Assembly: GCA_003134555.1 (NCBI GenBank)
Contig: PLBO01000116.1
Span: 29,950 to 93,949, forward strand
Length of the DNA: 64,000 nucleotides
Reading direction: 5' to 3'
Source: Actinomycetota bacterium
GTDB lineage: Bacteria; Actinomycetota; Acidimicrobiia; IMCC26256; PALSA-610
The notes beneath the pieces are model-generated. The model saw only the letters and a program-made list of their open reading frames with translations, had not been told where the DNA came from and did not search any database. Position numbers and translations under genes: made by a program. The number at the start of each line of letters is the position of its first letter. The first letter of the stretch is position 1. Below, piece after piece: positions 54,563 to 62,908 of the stretch.

Positions 54563-55555
54563 TTGCTCGTCGAGGTGGCGCGTGATCGGCCAGGCGCCGC
54601 GCGACGTGTTCGCCAGCACGGTGTGGGTGATACGCCGAACCCGGTCGTGAACCGTCTTGAACGAGACGCCGGCATCGAAGCCCTCCAACATCACGGTGTC
54701 GTTCGACTCGTGGAGCCAGAAGCCGAGGCCGTACCGCTTCGACTCCGACGGCACGTCGCTCCGAGGTCGGACCATCTCTGCCACCCACTGCTCCGAGACG
54801 ATCCGACCGGCGAACAGGGCGCGCCAGAGCGCGTGCACGTCGGCCGCGGTCGAGTAGATGCCGCCGTCACCAGTCCCTCGTACCGGGAGGTGCAACACGT
54901 TGGTCGTCAGACCGTCGGTGGCGAGGTAGCCGGCGGCCACGCGACCGGGAAGCTCGTCGGACTGCAGAAACGCGGTGTCGGGCATGCCCGCGGGTGCGCA
55001 CACGTGCTGCTCGACGAGCTCGTGAAAGGGCGTACCCGTGACCCGCTCGGCTATCAGCGCGAGCACGACATAGCCGCCGTTGCAGTAGGAGAACTGTTCG
55101 CCGGGTGCGAACTTTTGCGGGTACCCGTCGAGCGCGCGGACGTACTCCTCAGTGGTCCTCAGCTCGTGCACCGGGACCGGCATCACGTAGTCCTCGATCT
55201 CATACTCGGCGTCTTCGTCGAGATAGTCGCCGATCCCGGACCGATGCGCGAGCAACTGCTCGACGGTCACGTCGTCGGCGATCAGCGGGAGGTCGCGTCC
55301 GAGAACCGAGCGAGCCGTCGTGGTCAAGTCGAGCCGTCCGGCTTCGATCAAGCTCACGACGGTCAACGCCGTCAACCCCTTCACGCCACTGGCGATCGCG
55401 AACCGGGTGTCGACGGTATTCGGGATACCCCAAGCCCGCTCGGCGAGGCCGTACGCGCGTTCAAAGGCCGCGTCGTCACCGGCGTCGACCCTCACCACGC
55501 CGGAGAACTGCGTCTCGGCTGCAATGCGGTCGATCGAGTCGGCCCAGCCCTCCAC
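54551..55555 (-). CDS. Serine hydrolase, beta-lactamase (class C/esterase) family
   Basis: 334 aa. It has FAIASGVKGLT (SxxK), YCNGGY and a GFDAG segment. Confidence 0.8.
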   Translation of the reverse strand: MEGWADSIDRIAAETQFSGVVRVDAGDDAAFERAYGLAERAWGIPNTVDTRFAIASGVKGLTALTVVSLIEAGRLDLTTTARSVLGRDLPLIADDVTVEQLLAHRSGIGDYLDEDAEYEIEDYVMPVPVHELRTTEEYVRALDGYPQKFAPGEQFSYCNGGYVVLALIAERVTGTPFHELVEQHVCAPAGMPDTAFLQSDELPGRVAAGYLATDGLTTNVLHLPVRGTGDGGIYSTAADVHALWRALFAGRIVSEQWVAEMVRPRSDVPSESKRYGLGFWLHESNDTVMLEGFDAGVSFKTVHDRVRRITHTVLANTSRGAWPITRHLDEQLGT

Positions 55556-55569
55556 CGAAGGTGTAATGC

Positions 55570-56073
55570 CTAACCCTTGTCGGCGTCGCCGCTGCCGTCA
55601 CAGCCGCCGGCGGCGCGGATCTCGTCGATGTTGATCGCCGACATCGCGGACGACAGCTGGGCGAGCTGGCGATCGCTGAGCCGATCGATGAAGTACTCGC
55701 GCACACCGCGCAGGTGCGTGGGCGCGACCGTGGTGAGGGTTTTCATCCCGAGCGGCGTCAGCACCGCGTTCAAGCCCCGGCGGTCGCTCGGGCACGCCTG
55801 GCGCTCGACCAGACCGCTCTTCGCGAGCCCGTCGATCCGCCGGGTGATGCCACTCGGCGAGAGGTGCAGCCGGCCGGCGAGCTCGCTCATGCGGATCGCG
55901 CGTCCGGGCTCCTCCGAAAGGTGTACGAGCACCTCGTAGTCGCCAAAGGTCAGGCCGTGCTCGGCCCGCAGGTCGTTGTCGAGCATCGAGAGCAGGCCGG
56001 TCGTGGAGCGAACGAGGGTCCGCCAGGCCAGCATCTCCGGCTCCGTGAGCCACTGCACCGCCGGCTCGCTCAT
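55570..56073 (-). CDS. MarR family transcriptional regulator
   Basis: Trimmed from ORF 55570..56487 to the ATG at 56073. Sequence: ...LTFGDYEVLVHLSEEPGRAIRMSELAGRLHLSPSGITRRIDGLAKSGLVERQACPSDRRG. Confidence 0.85.
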   Translation of the reverse strand: MSEPAVQWLTEPEMLAWRTLVRSTTGLLSMLDNDLRAEHGLTFGDYEVLVHLSEEPGRAIRMSELAGRLHLSPSGITRRIDGLAKSGLVERQACPSDRRGLNAVLTPLGMKTLTTVAPTHLRGVREYFIDRLSDRQLAQLSSAMSAINIDEIRAAGGCDGSGDADKG

Positions 56074-56106
56074 GTCAGAAATCCTATCTGTCCGCCCGGG
56101 AATGTT

Positions 56107-56146
56107 CTTGCGTCTGCAAGCATTTAGTATATCATTGCGTAAGCAA
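56107..56146. promoter_or_regulatory. Two short inverted repeats (CTTGC-GTCT-GCAAG at 56107-56120; TTGC-GTAA-GCAA at 56135-56146) flanking an AT-rich TAGTATAT element; candidate MarR operators / promoter
   Basis: Read directly in the 108-bp divergent MarR/YceI intergenic region. Confidence 0.35.
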
Positions 56147-56181
56147 CGATTGCGCTGACAACAACCACTGAGGAGTCCCCC

Positions 56182-56742
56182 ATGAGCACCACTGCCACAA
56201 CCCTTCGCAATGCCCCGGCCGCCGGATCGTACGCGCTCGACCAGAGCCACTCGCACGTTTCCTTCAGCGCCCGGCATCTCATGATCACCAAGGTCCGCGG
56301 CCGCTTCCCCGTCACGGCCGGGCACCTCGACATCTCCGAAGACCCGACGCAGTCGTCGGTCGACGCGACGATCGACGTCTCCGCGGTAGACAGCGGCGAC
56401 CCGAAGCGTGACGAGCACCTTCGCTCGGCCGACTTCTTCGACGCCGAGAACTACCCCACCGTGAACTTCCGCTCGACCCGGGTCCACGACCGCGGCGACG
56501 GCGAGTTCACGCTCGAGGGCGAGCTCACCGTGCGCGACACGACCCGCCCCGTCACGTTGCAGGGCGAGTACCTCGGTGCGCAGGACTCACCTTTCGGTGA
56601 TAGTCGGGTCGGCTTCACCGCCGAGACCGAGATCAACCGCAAGGACTGGGGTCTCGAGTGGAACGTCGCGCTCGAGGCCGGCGGCGTGCTCGTGGGCGAC
56701 AAGATCAAGCTCACGATCGATGCCGAGTGGGTCAAGGAATAA
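56182..56742 (+). CDS. YceI family protein (second copy)
   Basis: 186 aa with a GAGGAG Shine-Dalgarno. Sequence: YALDQSHSHVSFSARHLMITKVRGRF...DSGDPKRDEHLRSADFFD...TRPVTLQGEY. Confidence 0.9.
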   Translation: MSTTATTLRNAPAAGSYALDQSHSHVSFSARHLMITKVRGRFPVTAGHLDISEDPTQSSVDATIDVSAVDSGDPKRDEHLRSADFFDAENYPTVNFRSTRVHDRGDGEFTLEGELTVRDTTRPVTLQGEYLGAQDSPFGDSRVGFTAETEINRKDWGLEWNVALEAGGVLVGDKIKLTIDAEWVKE

Positions 56743-56758
56743 CAGCGCAATCCGCGAG

Positions 56759-56795
56759 GAGCCCGTCGGGATCTCTCAGAGGTCCCGACGGGCTC
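56759..56795 (+). terminator. Hairpin terminator (13-bp perfect stem gagcccgtcggga / tcccgacgggctc, 11-nt loop, followed by TTTCG)
   Basis: Read directly. It lies 17 nt after the YceI stop. Confidence 0.6.
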
Positions 56796-56815
56796 TTTCG
56801 CGTACCCTTGCCGGC

Positions 56816-58057
56816 ATGGCTGTCAGCCCCGCCATCCGGCTCAACTGGCGCAAGAGCGAGACGCACGGTCTCGAGGACGATCCCGAACCGCGGCCGATCC
56901 GCTACACGCTGTTCTCCACCGACGATCATCTGGTCGAGCCGCCCGGCATGTTCGACGGCCGGCTCCCGGCCAAGCTGCAGGAGCTCGCACCCAAGGTCGT
57001 CGAGACCGAGGAGGGCCACGAGGTGTGGCACTTCGACGGCAAGGTCTTCTTCCAGGTGGGCCTGAACGCGGTCGTCGGGCGCAAGCGCGAGGACTGGAAG
57101 GTCGAACCGACCCGCTTCGAAGAGATGCGACCCGGCTGCTACGACGTCGACGCGCGCATCCGCGACATGGACATCAACGGCATCTGGGCATCGGTCAACT
57201 TCCCGTCGCAGATCACTGGCTTCTGCGGCTCGGTCTTCTCGCGCTGCAGTGATCCCGAGCTCGGTCTCGCCGTGACTCGGGCGTGGAACGACTGGTTCCA
57301 CGACGAATGGTTCATGAAGTACCCCGACCGGATCGTCCCCATGGGCATCACGTACCTCGCCGATCCCGAGGAGGCCGCCCGAGAGGTCCGGCGGAACGCG
57401 GCCCGTGGTTTCACCGCCGTCACCCTGCCGGAGATGCCGCATCGCATCGGCATGGAGCCGATCTTCTCGAAGTGGTGGGACCCGATCATCGCCGCGTGCG
57501 CCGACACGGGAACGGTGGTGTGCCTGCACGTCGGGTCGACCGGCGTGGCCGACATGCCACCCGGTGCACCGATGGTTCCGCTCGGCGCGACCTTGTTCGG
57601 TCAGCTGTCGCTGAGTGCGTGCGCGGAATGGCTGTGGTCGCGCTACCCCGCCGAATACGCCGACCTCAAGATCATCATGAGCGAGGGCGGCATCGGTTGG
57701 GTCGCGATGTTGCACGACCGGCTCGAGAACATCGTCGAGCGCTCGGGGTACGGCGATTACTTCCCCGGCAAGCTGCGCCCGGCCGAGGTGCTGCACCGCA
57801 ACTTCTGGTTCTCGACGATCGACGACCCGTCGACCCTCAGCACGAGAGAAACGGTCGGTGTCGATCACATCACCTTCGAGTCGGATTATCCGCACGGCGA
57901 CGGGACGTGGCCGGACACGCAGCAAGTGTTCGCCGACGTCTTCGGCGGGCTGACCGACGACGAGATCGCCAAGATCAGTCACGAGAACGCCGCGCAGCTC
58001 TTCCGTCATCCGCTTCCGCCACCGGGCAACCCGCACGCGGTCGGAGTCCGACGATAA
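56816..58057 (+). CDS. Amidohydrolase-2 (ACMSD-like) family metal-dependent hydrolase
   Basis: Trimmed from ORF 56576..58057 to the ATG at 56816. Sequence: ...LFSTDDHLVEPP...NGIWASVNFPS...HITFESDYPHGDGTWP. Confidence 0.8.
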   Translation: MAVSPAIRLNWRKSETHGLEDDPEPRPIRYTLFSTDDHLVEPPGMFDGRLPAKLQELAPKVVETEEGHEVWHFDGKVFFQVGLNAVVGRKREDWKVEPTRFEEMRPGCYDVDARIRDMDINGIWASVNFPSQITGFCGSVFSRCSDPELGLAVTRAWNDWFHDEWFMKYPDRIVPMGITYLADPEEAAREVRRNAARGFTAVTLPEMPHRIGMEPIFSKWWDPIIAACADTGTVVCLHVGSTGVADMPPGAPMVPLGATLFGQLSLSACAEWLWSRYPAEYADLKIIMSEGGIGWVAMLHDRLENIVERSGYGDYFPGKLRPAEVLHRNFWFSTIDDPSTLSTRETVGVDHITFESDYPHGDGTWPDTQQVFADVFGGLTDDEIAKISHENAAQLFRHPLPPPGNPHAVGVRR

Positions 58058-58098
58058 CCGACGCCGCGTATCGCGGCGCCCACGTACAACTCGAGATC

Positions 58099-58782
58099 GT
58101 GTCGCTTGGCGCCGGCGAGTCTCGCTTGGTCCGTCCCTCGCCCGGACAAGAGGCCGCGCTCGTGCTCCTCGAAGGTCTCGTCGAGTTCGACGGCGAGGTC
58201 GCGAGCCGGACCTCGGTGTTCGAGAACCGGGCGTCCGCGGCGTACATCCCTCCCGGCTCGTCGATCTGTGTGGACGTGACCCGCGATGCGGAGCTGGCCC
58301 TCGTTGCGACGGTCGGCTGCGAGCTGGTGTCGACCGACGACGCGACGATCGTGCGACCCGAGGACGTCGTCGTGCAGGCGCGCGGCAAGCCCGGTTGGCA
58401 ACGCGACGTGCACGACGTGATCGCCGACGCGGTTCCCGCCCGCCAGCTTCTCGTCGGCGAGACATTCAACGAGCCGGGCCAATGGTCGTCGTTCCCGCCG
58501 CACAAACATGACGGCGCCGACGGCGAGCCCGCACTCGAAGAGGTCTACTACTACCGCTTCGACCGACCCGACGGGTTCGGCTTCCAAGGTCTGTACGAGG
58601 CCGACGGCTACGCCGAGGCTGTGTTCCTCAAGCACGGAAGCATCGTCGGCATCCCGCGCGGCTACCACCCCGTCTGCGCGGCCCCGGGCTATCGCCTCTA
58701 CTACTTGTGGGCGTTGGTCGGAGAGCCCCGGCAACTCGCGATGTACGAAGACCCCGTGCATCGCTGGTTGAACGACCGCTAA
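58099..58782 (+). CDS. iolB: 5-deoxy-glucuronate isomerase (IolB, cupin) homologue with a short or ambiguous N-terminus
   Basis: This is the C-terminal part of ORF 57283..58782. Sequence: ...GQWSSFPPHKHDG...LEEVYYYRFD...GFGFQGLY...GYHPVCAAPGYRLYYLWALVG. Homology appears to begin near 58060, but the first canonical in-frame start is GTG 58099. Confidence 0.7.
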   Translation: MSLGAGESRLVRPSPGQEAALVLLEGLVEFDGEVASRTSVFENRASAAYIPPGSSICVDVTRDAELALVATVGCELVSTDDATIVRPEDVVVQARGKPGWQRDVHDVIADAVPARQLLVGETFNEPGQWSSFPPHKHDGADGEPALEEVYYYRFDRPDGFGFQGLYEADGYAEAVFLKHGSIVGIPRGYHPVCAAPGYRLYYLWALVGEPRQLAMYEDPVHRWLNDR

Positions 58783-58795
58783 GCCGGGCAGTCGA

Positions 58796-60241
58796 TCAGT
58801 CGCCGGCGAGCGCGACGGGCGAGCTGTCCGACGCGTCTTTGTGGGCAACGATCGTCGAGGCTGCATCCTCGTCGCGAATCAACAACGAGGAAATCGCGGC
58901 GAGCACGACCAGACACGCGCCGACAAAGAACGCCTCGTGATACGCGGAGACGGCTGCGTTAACGTCGGGCCCGACCGGGAGGCGCGTCAACAACACGGTC
59001 GTCAACACGGCGACGCCGAGCGCGGCGGCAACCTGGCGTTGGGTCGAGTAGATCGCGGACGCGCGACCCGTGTCTTCGGGAGTGATGTTGGCGTAGGTCG
59101 CCGCCTGTAGCGGCACGAACGCGAACGCCACGCAGACGCCGCGACCGAACATGATCAGACGGATCCACCAGAGATCGGTATGGAGCCCGACGACCGCCAA
59201 CAGCATTGTGATGCCCGACATGCCGACCATGCCCCAGAAGATGAGACGCCGCGGACCGACGCGGTGGTAAAGACGGCCGACGAGCTGGCTGGCGACGATC
59301 ACTCCGACCGCTTGGGGGAACGTCGTGAGACCCGACTGGATCGCACTCAGTCCACGAAGCTCCTGCAGGAACAACGGGAGAATGAACAACACACCGATGA
59401 AACTCCCGTATGTCAGCGTCAGCACGATGTTCGCGTTGCGGAACATGCGATCTCGATACAGCCGCAACGTGAGCATCGGTGATTCGACGCGCGTCTCGAC
59501 CACGATGAGCAACGCGAACAACAACACGCCGACGATCCCCGAGAACAGCACCGACGAGGAGCGCCAGCCTTTTTCCGGCCCTTCCGAGAGCGCATACAGC
59601 ACGAGCGCGAGACCGGCGCCGGAGAGCAGGAAGCCGGGAAGATCGAACCGGCCGGCCGTCTCCTCGCGGTGCTCCCGCAGGTAGAGCGCGCCGAGGACGA
59701 AGCCCACGACACCGACCGGGAGGTTGACGTAGAAGATCCAGCGCCACGACACGTCGGTGATGAGCCAACCGCCCACGATCGGACCGAGCGCGGGCGCGAG
59801 AACGGTCGGGATGATCAACACGGTCGACGCCTTGGCCCGTTCGATGGGCGGAAACGCCCGGAACAACATCGCCGTGCCGACCGGCGTCAACATGCCGCCA
59901 CCGACGCCCTGCAACACTCGGAACGTCACGAGCTCGCCCAGACTGTGTGCCTGCCCGCACAGTGCGGATGCGATCGTGAACATTGCCAGCGCGAACAGGA
60001 ACACCTTCTTGGTGCCGATGCGGTCGCCGATCCAGCCCGACGCCGGAATCCAAATCGCGAGCGACAAGAGATAGCCGAGCACGACCCACTCGATCGAGGC
60101 GTTGGTTGCGCCGAACTGCGTCTTGAGTGTCGGCGTGGCGACAAAGACGATCGTCGTGTCCATGATGTCCATGAACATGCCGCACACGAAAACGATCGCG
60201 ACCAACCATTTGTATTCGAGGTCGAACGGAGCCCGCCGCAT
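58796..60241 (-). CDS. MFS transporter, DHA2 (EmrB/QacA, 14-TM) family
   Basis: ATG 60241 is preferred (MRRAPFDLEYKWLVAIVFVCGMFMDIMDTTIV...); the track ORF extends to TTG 60280. Sequence: ...LGDRIGTKKVFLFALAMFTIASALCG...RVLQGVGGG. Confidence 0.85.
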   Translation of the reverse strand: MRRAPFDLEYKWLVAIVFVCGMFMDIMDTTIVFVATPTLKTQFGATNASIEWVVLGYLLSLAIWIPASGWIGDRIGTKKVFLFALAMFTIASALCGQAHSLGELVTFRVLQGVGGGMLTPVGTAMLFRAFPPIERAKASTVLIIPTVLAPALGPIVGGWLITDVSWRWIFYVNLPVGVVGFVLGALYLREHREETAGRFDLPGFLLSGAGLALVLYALSEGPEKGWRSSSVLFSGIVGVLLFALLIVVETRVESPMLTLRLYRDRMFRNANIVLTLTYGSFIGVLFILPLFLQELRGLSAIQSGLTTFPQAVGVIVASQLVGRLYHRVGPRRLIFWGMVGMSGITMLLAVVGLHTDLWWIRLIMFGRGVCVAFAFVPLQAATYANITPEDTGRASAIYSTQRQVAAALGVAVLTTVLLTRLPVGPDVNAAVSAYHEAFFVGACLVVLAAISSLLIRDEDAASTIVAHKDASDSSPVALAGD

Positions 60242-60346
60242 GCCGCGCAGGGTAGGCGCGGTGAGGAGGCGCGCGCACAAGCGCCGTGTCTCGTCAGACC
60301 GTGAGTCGGGGCTGCACCTTCGTGCGCGCCCGCGTGAGCGATGACG

Positions 60347-60703
60347 TCAGCGGATCGGCGTAGCCCCCGCGTGGATCAGCTCTTCGTACACCCGAGCGCT
60401 CGCGTCGTCGATCAGCGCGCGTGAGGTCTTCTCGACGAGCGCACCCACGCAGTCGTTGCAAACGCATTTGTCGTTCAGCTCGATCAGCTTCTCGTCGCCG
60501 CCGCAGAACGCACACACGGGCTCGTACTTGACGATCACGACCCGTCCGCTTTCCAATCGCGTCTCGATCAGGTCACCGTGCCGGATTCCGAGCGCCCGGC
60601 GCGCCTCCGCGGGCACGACCACCCGGCCGAGCTGATCCATCCGGCGGACGACACCACCCATCCGACCGATCTGGTCGTTGCCACGTTCCTCAGGCTGCAC
60701 CAC
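60347..60703 (-). CDS. AbrB/MazE/SpoVT-type DNA-binding protein with a C-terminal CxxC...CxxC zinc-ribbon
   Basis: 118 aa. The GTG at 60703 lies 4 nt after GGAGG; ATG 60661 and ATG 60640 are alternatives. Sequence: MDQLGRVVVPAEARRALGIRHGDLIE...YEPVCAFCGGDEKLIELNDKCVCNDCVG. Confidence 0.7.
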   Translation of the reverse strand: MVQPEERGNDQIGRMGGVVRRMDQLGRVVVPAEARRALGIRHGDLIETRLESGRVVIVKYEPVCAFCGGDEKLIELNDKCVCNDCVGALVEKTSRALIDDASARVYEELIHAGATPIR

Positions 60704-60820
60704 AACGCCTCCAAATCGGCGCGGCGTTCACCGCGCACTTGGACGAGGCGTGCGAACGCAGGGTCTGGGCGACCACGCACGAGACAATTCGGTTCTTTTT
60801 CTACTGCCCGTCGGTTGGGG

Positions 60821-60836
60821 TGTCAAGCACTTGACA
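60821..60836. promoter_or_regulatory. Inverted repeat TGTCAAG-CA-CTTGACA; candidate TetR (or AbrB-like) operator
   Basis: Read directly. It lies 32 nt upstream of the TetR ATG (60868), in the 164-bp divergent intergenic region. Confidence 0.4.
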
Positions 60837-60867
60837 GGACGACTAACGATGTTAGATAGTTCGAAGC

Positions 60868-61467
60868 ATGACCGTTCAACCGACTCGAGATCGACGCGCC
60901 GAACGGCGCGAGGCGACCCGGGCCGAGATCCTGCAGGCGGCCTGGGAGCTGGCGAGGGAACAGGGCCTGGGCGGGCTGTCGCTGCGCGACATCGCTGCCA
61001 AGATCGGGATGCGACCGCCGTCGCTGTACTGGTACTTCGACTCCAAGCACGCGATCTACGACGCGATGTTCGCCGACGGCAACCGCCAACTGCTCGAGCG
61101 CCTCGACGCGGTGAAGCTCCCCCGAGATCCCCGCGCCGCGCTCAAACGGTATCTCGGAGCGTTCATGGGGTTCGCGCTCGAGGAGCCGGCCCGGGCGGAG
61201 CTGCTGTTCCAGCGGCACATCCCCGGCTTCACCCCCTCGCCAGAGTCATATGCGTTGGCCGAGGCCGCCCTGGCCGGCGCCGTGAAAGTGATTGGCGAAG
61301 CCGGCGTCACCGATCAGGGCGACATCGACTGCCTCGTCGCCATGACCGCGGGCCTCATGGACGCCCAGATGAGCAACGACCCCGGCGGCAACCGCTGGAC
61401 CCGGCATCTCAACCGCCTCGTCGACCTCCTGGTCGACGACGCCATCACAGGGAGCACACACGGATGA
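60868..61467 (+). CDS. TetR/AcrR family transcriptional regulator
   Basis: 199 aa: TRAEILQAAWELAREQGLGGLSLRDIAAKIGMRPPSLYWYFDSKHAIYD. Confidence 0.9.
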   Translation: MTVQPTRDRRAERREATRAEILQAAWELAREQGLGGLSLRDIAAKIGMRPPSLYWYFDSKHAIYDAMFADGNRQLLERLDAVKLPRDPRAALKRYLGAFMGFALEEPARAELLFQRHIPGFTPSPESYALAEAALAGAVKVIGEAGVTDQGDIDCLVAMTAGLMDAQMSNDPGGNRWTRHLNRLVDLLVDDAITGSTHG

Positions 61468-62195
61468 AGTCTGATCGCATCGCGCGCCCCGAAGCACGAG
61501 TCCTCGCCGAGGAGGAGTTCACCCGGTTCGCCGACCTTGCCGCCTCGCTCACACCCGAGGAATGGGCAACGCCGACGGACTGCACCGGCTGGGACGTACG
61601 CAAGATGACGCTCCACGTCCTTGGCTCGGCCGACGCGCAGGCCTCGGTCCGGGAGTTCATGCACCAGATGCGACGGGGCATACCCCTCAACAAGCAGATC
61701 GACTCGCACCATTGGGTCGACGGCATGAACGAATTCCAGATCCGCGAACGCGACCACCTCACCACGAGCGAACTCGTGACGCAGCTCGCCGAGGTCGGAC
61801 CGAAGGCGGTCAAGGGACGTTGGGGCACACCGTTGCCGATGCGCCACCTACCCATCCCGTTTGGCCCACCGATAGGTTGGGTAGCGCTCAAGTATCTCCT
61901 CGACGTCGGCTTCACCCGCGACATGTGGGCCCATCGCATCGACATCCATGCCGCCATCGGCCGGCCCATGCACCTCACGGCCGAGCACGACGGCCGCCTT
62001 GTCGCTGACATCGTCGCCGAGTGGGCCGGCATCCACGGTGAGCCGTTCGAGCTCATCCTCGACGGCGCGGCCGGCGGGAAGTTCACCCAAGGTGTCGGCG
62101 GCCAGCGCGTCGAGATCGACGCCCTCGACTTCATCCGCACCCTCTCCGGCCGCCTACCCGGCACAGGTGTCCTCAGCAACCCACTACCGCTCTAG
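61464..62195 (+). CDS. Maleylpyruvate-isomerase-family (MDMPI/DinB-like) mycothiol-dependent-enzyme-type protein
   Basis: These are the last 243 codons of ORF 60678..62195. The ATG at 61464 overlaps the TetR TGA (ATGA). Sequence: ...TPTDCTGWDVRKMTLHVLG... Confidence 0.7.
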   Translation: MKSDRIARPEARVLAEEEFTRFADLAASLTPEEWATPTDCTGWDVRKMTLHVLGSADAQASVREFMHQMRRGIPLNKQIDSHHWVDGMNEFQIRERDHLTTSELVTQLAEVGPKAVKGRWGTPLPMRHLPIPFGPPIGWVALKYLLDVGFTRDMWAHRIDIHAAIGRPMHLTAEHDGRLVADIVAEWAGIHGEPFELILDGAAGGKFTQGVGGQRVEIDALDFIRTLSGRLPGTGVLSNPLPL

Positions 62196-62200
62196 AAGCA

Positions 62201-62908
62201 CTACCCCTCTCGGCGCGCCTGGACGATCGTGAAGAAGCACCGGCGGCGAAGAGTGAAGCCCAGCGCCTCGTAGAGGCGGATGGCATTCACGTTTTCGGCC
62301 GACGCGTGCAGAAAGGGCAGGTCTCCTCGTGCCCTGATGCCGGCGGCGACGGCGCGGACCAATCGGGTGCCGAGACCCTGCCCCCGGTAGGCCGCGTCGG
62401 TGCAAACGGCACTGATCTCGGTCCATCCCGTCGGGTGCAACCGCTCGCCCGCCATCGCGATCAACGAACCGTCCCGGTCGCGGATGCCGAGATAGCTCCC
62501 CATCTCGACCGTGCGCGGCAGGAACGGCCCCGGCCGGGCACGGTCGACGAGCGCCAGCATCTCGGCCACGTTGGATGTGGTGAGCGCGACCGCCTCGTCA
62601 TCCTCACAAACCGCCAATCCGGTACCGTCCATCTGGACACCCGGGATCTCCCTCACGACATTCCAGCCGTCGGGCAGGGCCGACGGCTCGATGATTACGC
62701 AGGTCGCCTGCCCATCGAGGATCGACGCGAGCGCGGCCCAGCACGCCGGGTCGTCCGGGTCCTCCACCGCACCGAACGGCGCCACGTCGTGCAGATAGCA
62801 GCCGGCCGAGCCGCCGTCGACCGACGCGACATCAGCCAGGCCGGGATGGGCAACGACCATCGAGGTCCACACCGGGTTGTCGAGGACTGCTACGGCCATC
62901 GATCCCAT
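62201..62908 (-). CDS. GNAT family N-acetyltransferase (FR47-like C-terminal domain)
   Basis: 235 aa: ...EISAVCTDAAYRGQGLGTRLVRAVAAGIRARGDLPFLHASAENVNAIRLYEALGF. The start is ATG 62908 or ATG 62899. Either start overlaps the upstream gene end. Confidence 0.8.
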   Translation of the reverse strand: MGSMAVAVLDNPVWTSMVVAHPGLADVASVDGGSAGCYLHDVAPFGAVEDPDDPACWAALASILDGQATCVIIEPSALPDGWNVVREIPGVQMDGTGLAVCEDDEAVALTTSNVAEMLALVDRARPGPFLPRTVEMGSYLGIRDRDGSLIAMAGERLHPTGWTEISAVCTDAAYRGQGLGTRLVRAVAAGIRARGDLPFLHASAENVNAIRLYEALGFTLRRRCFFTIVQARREG

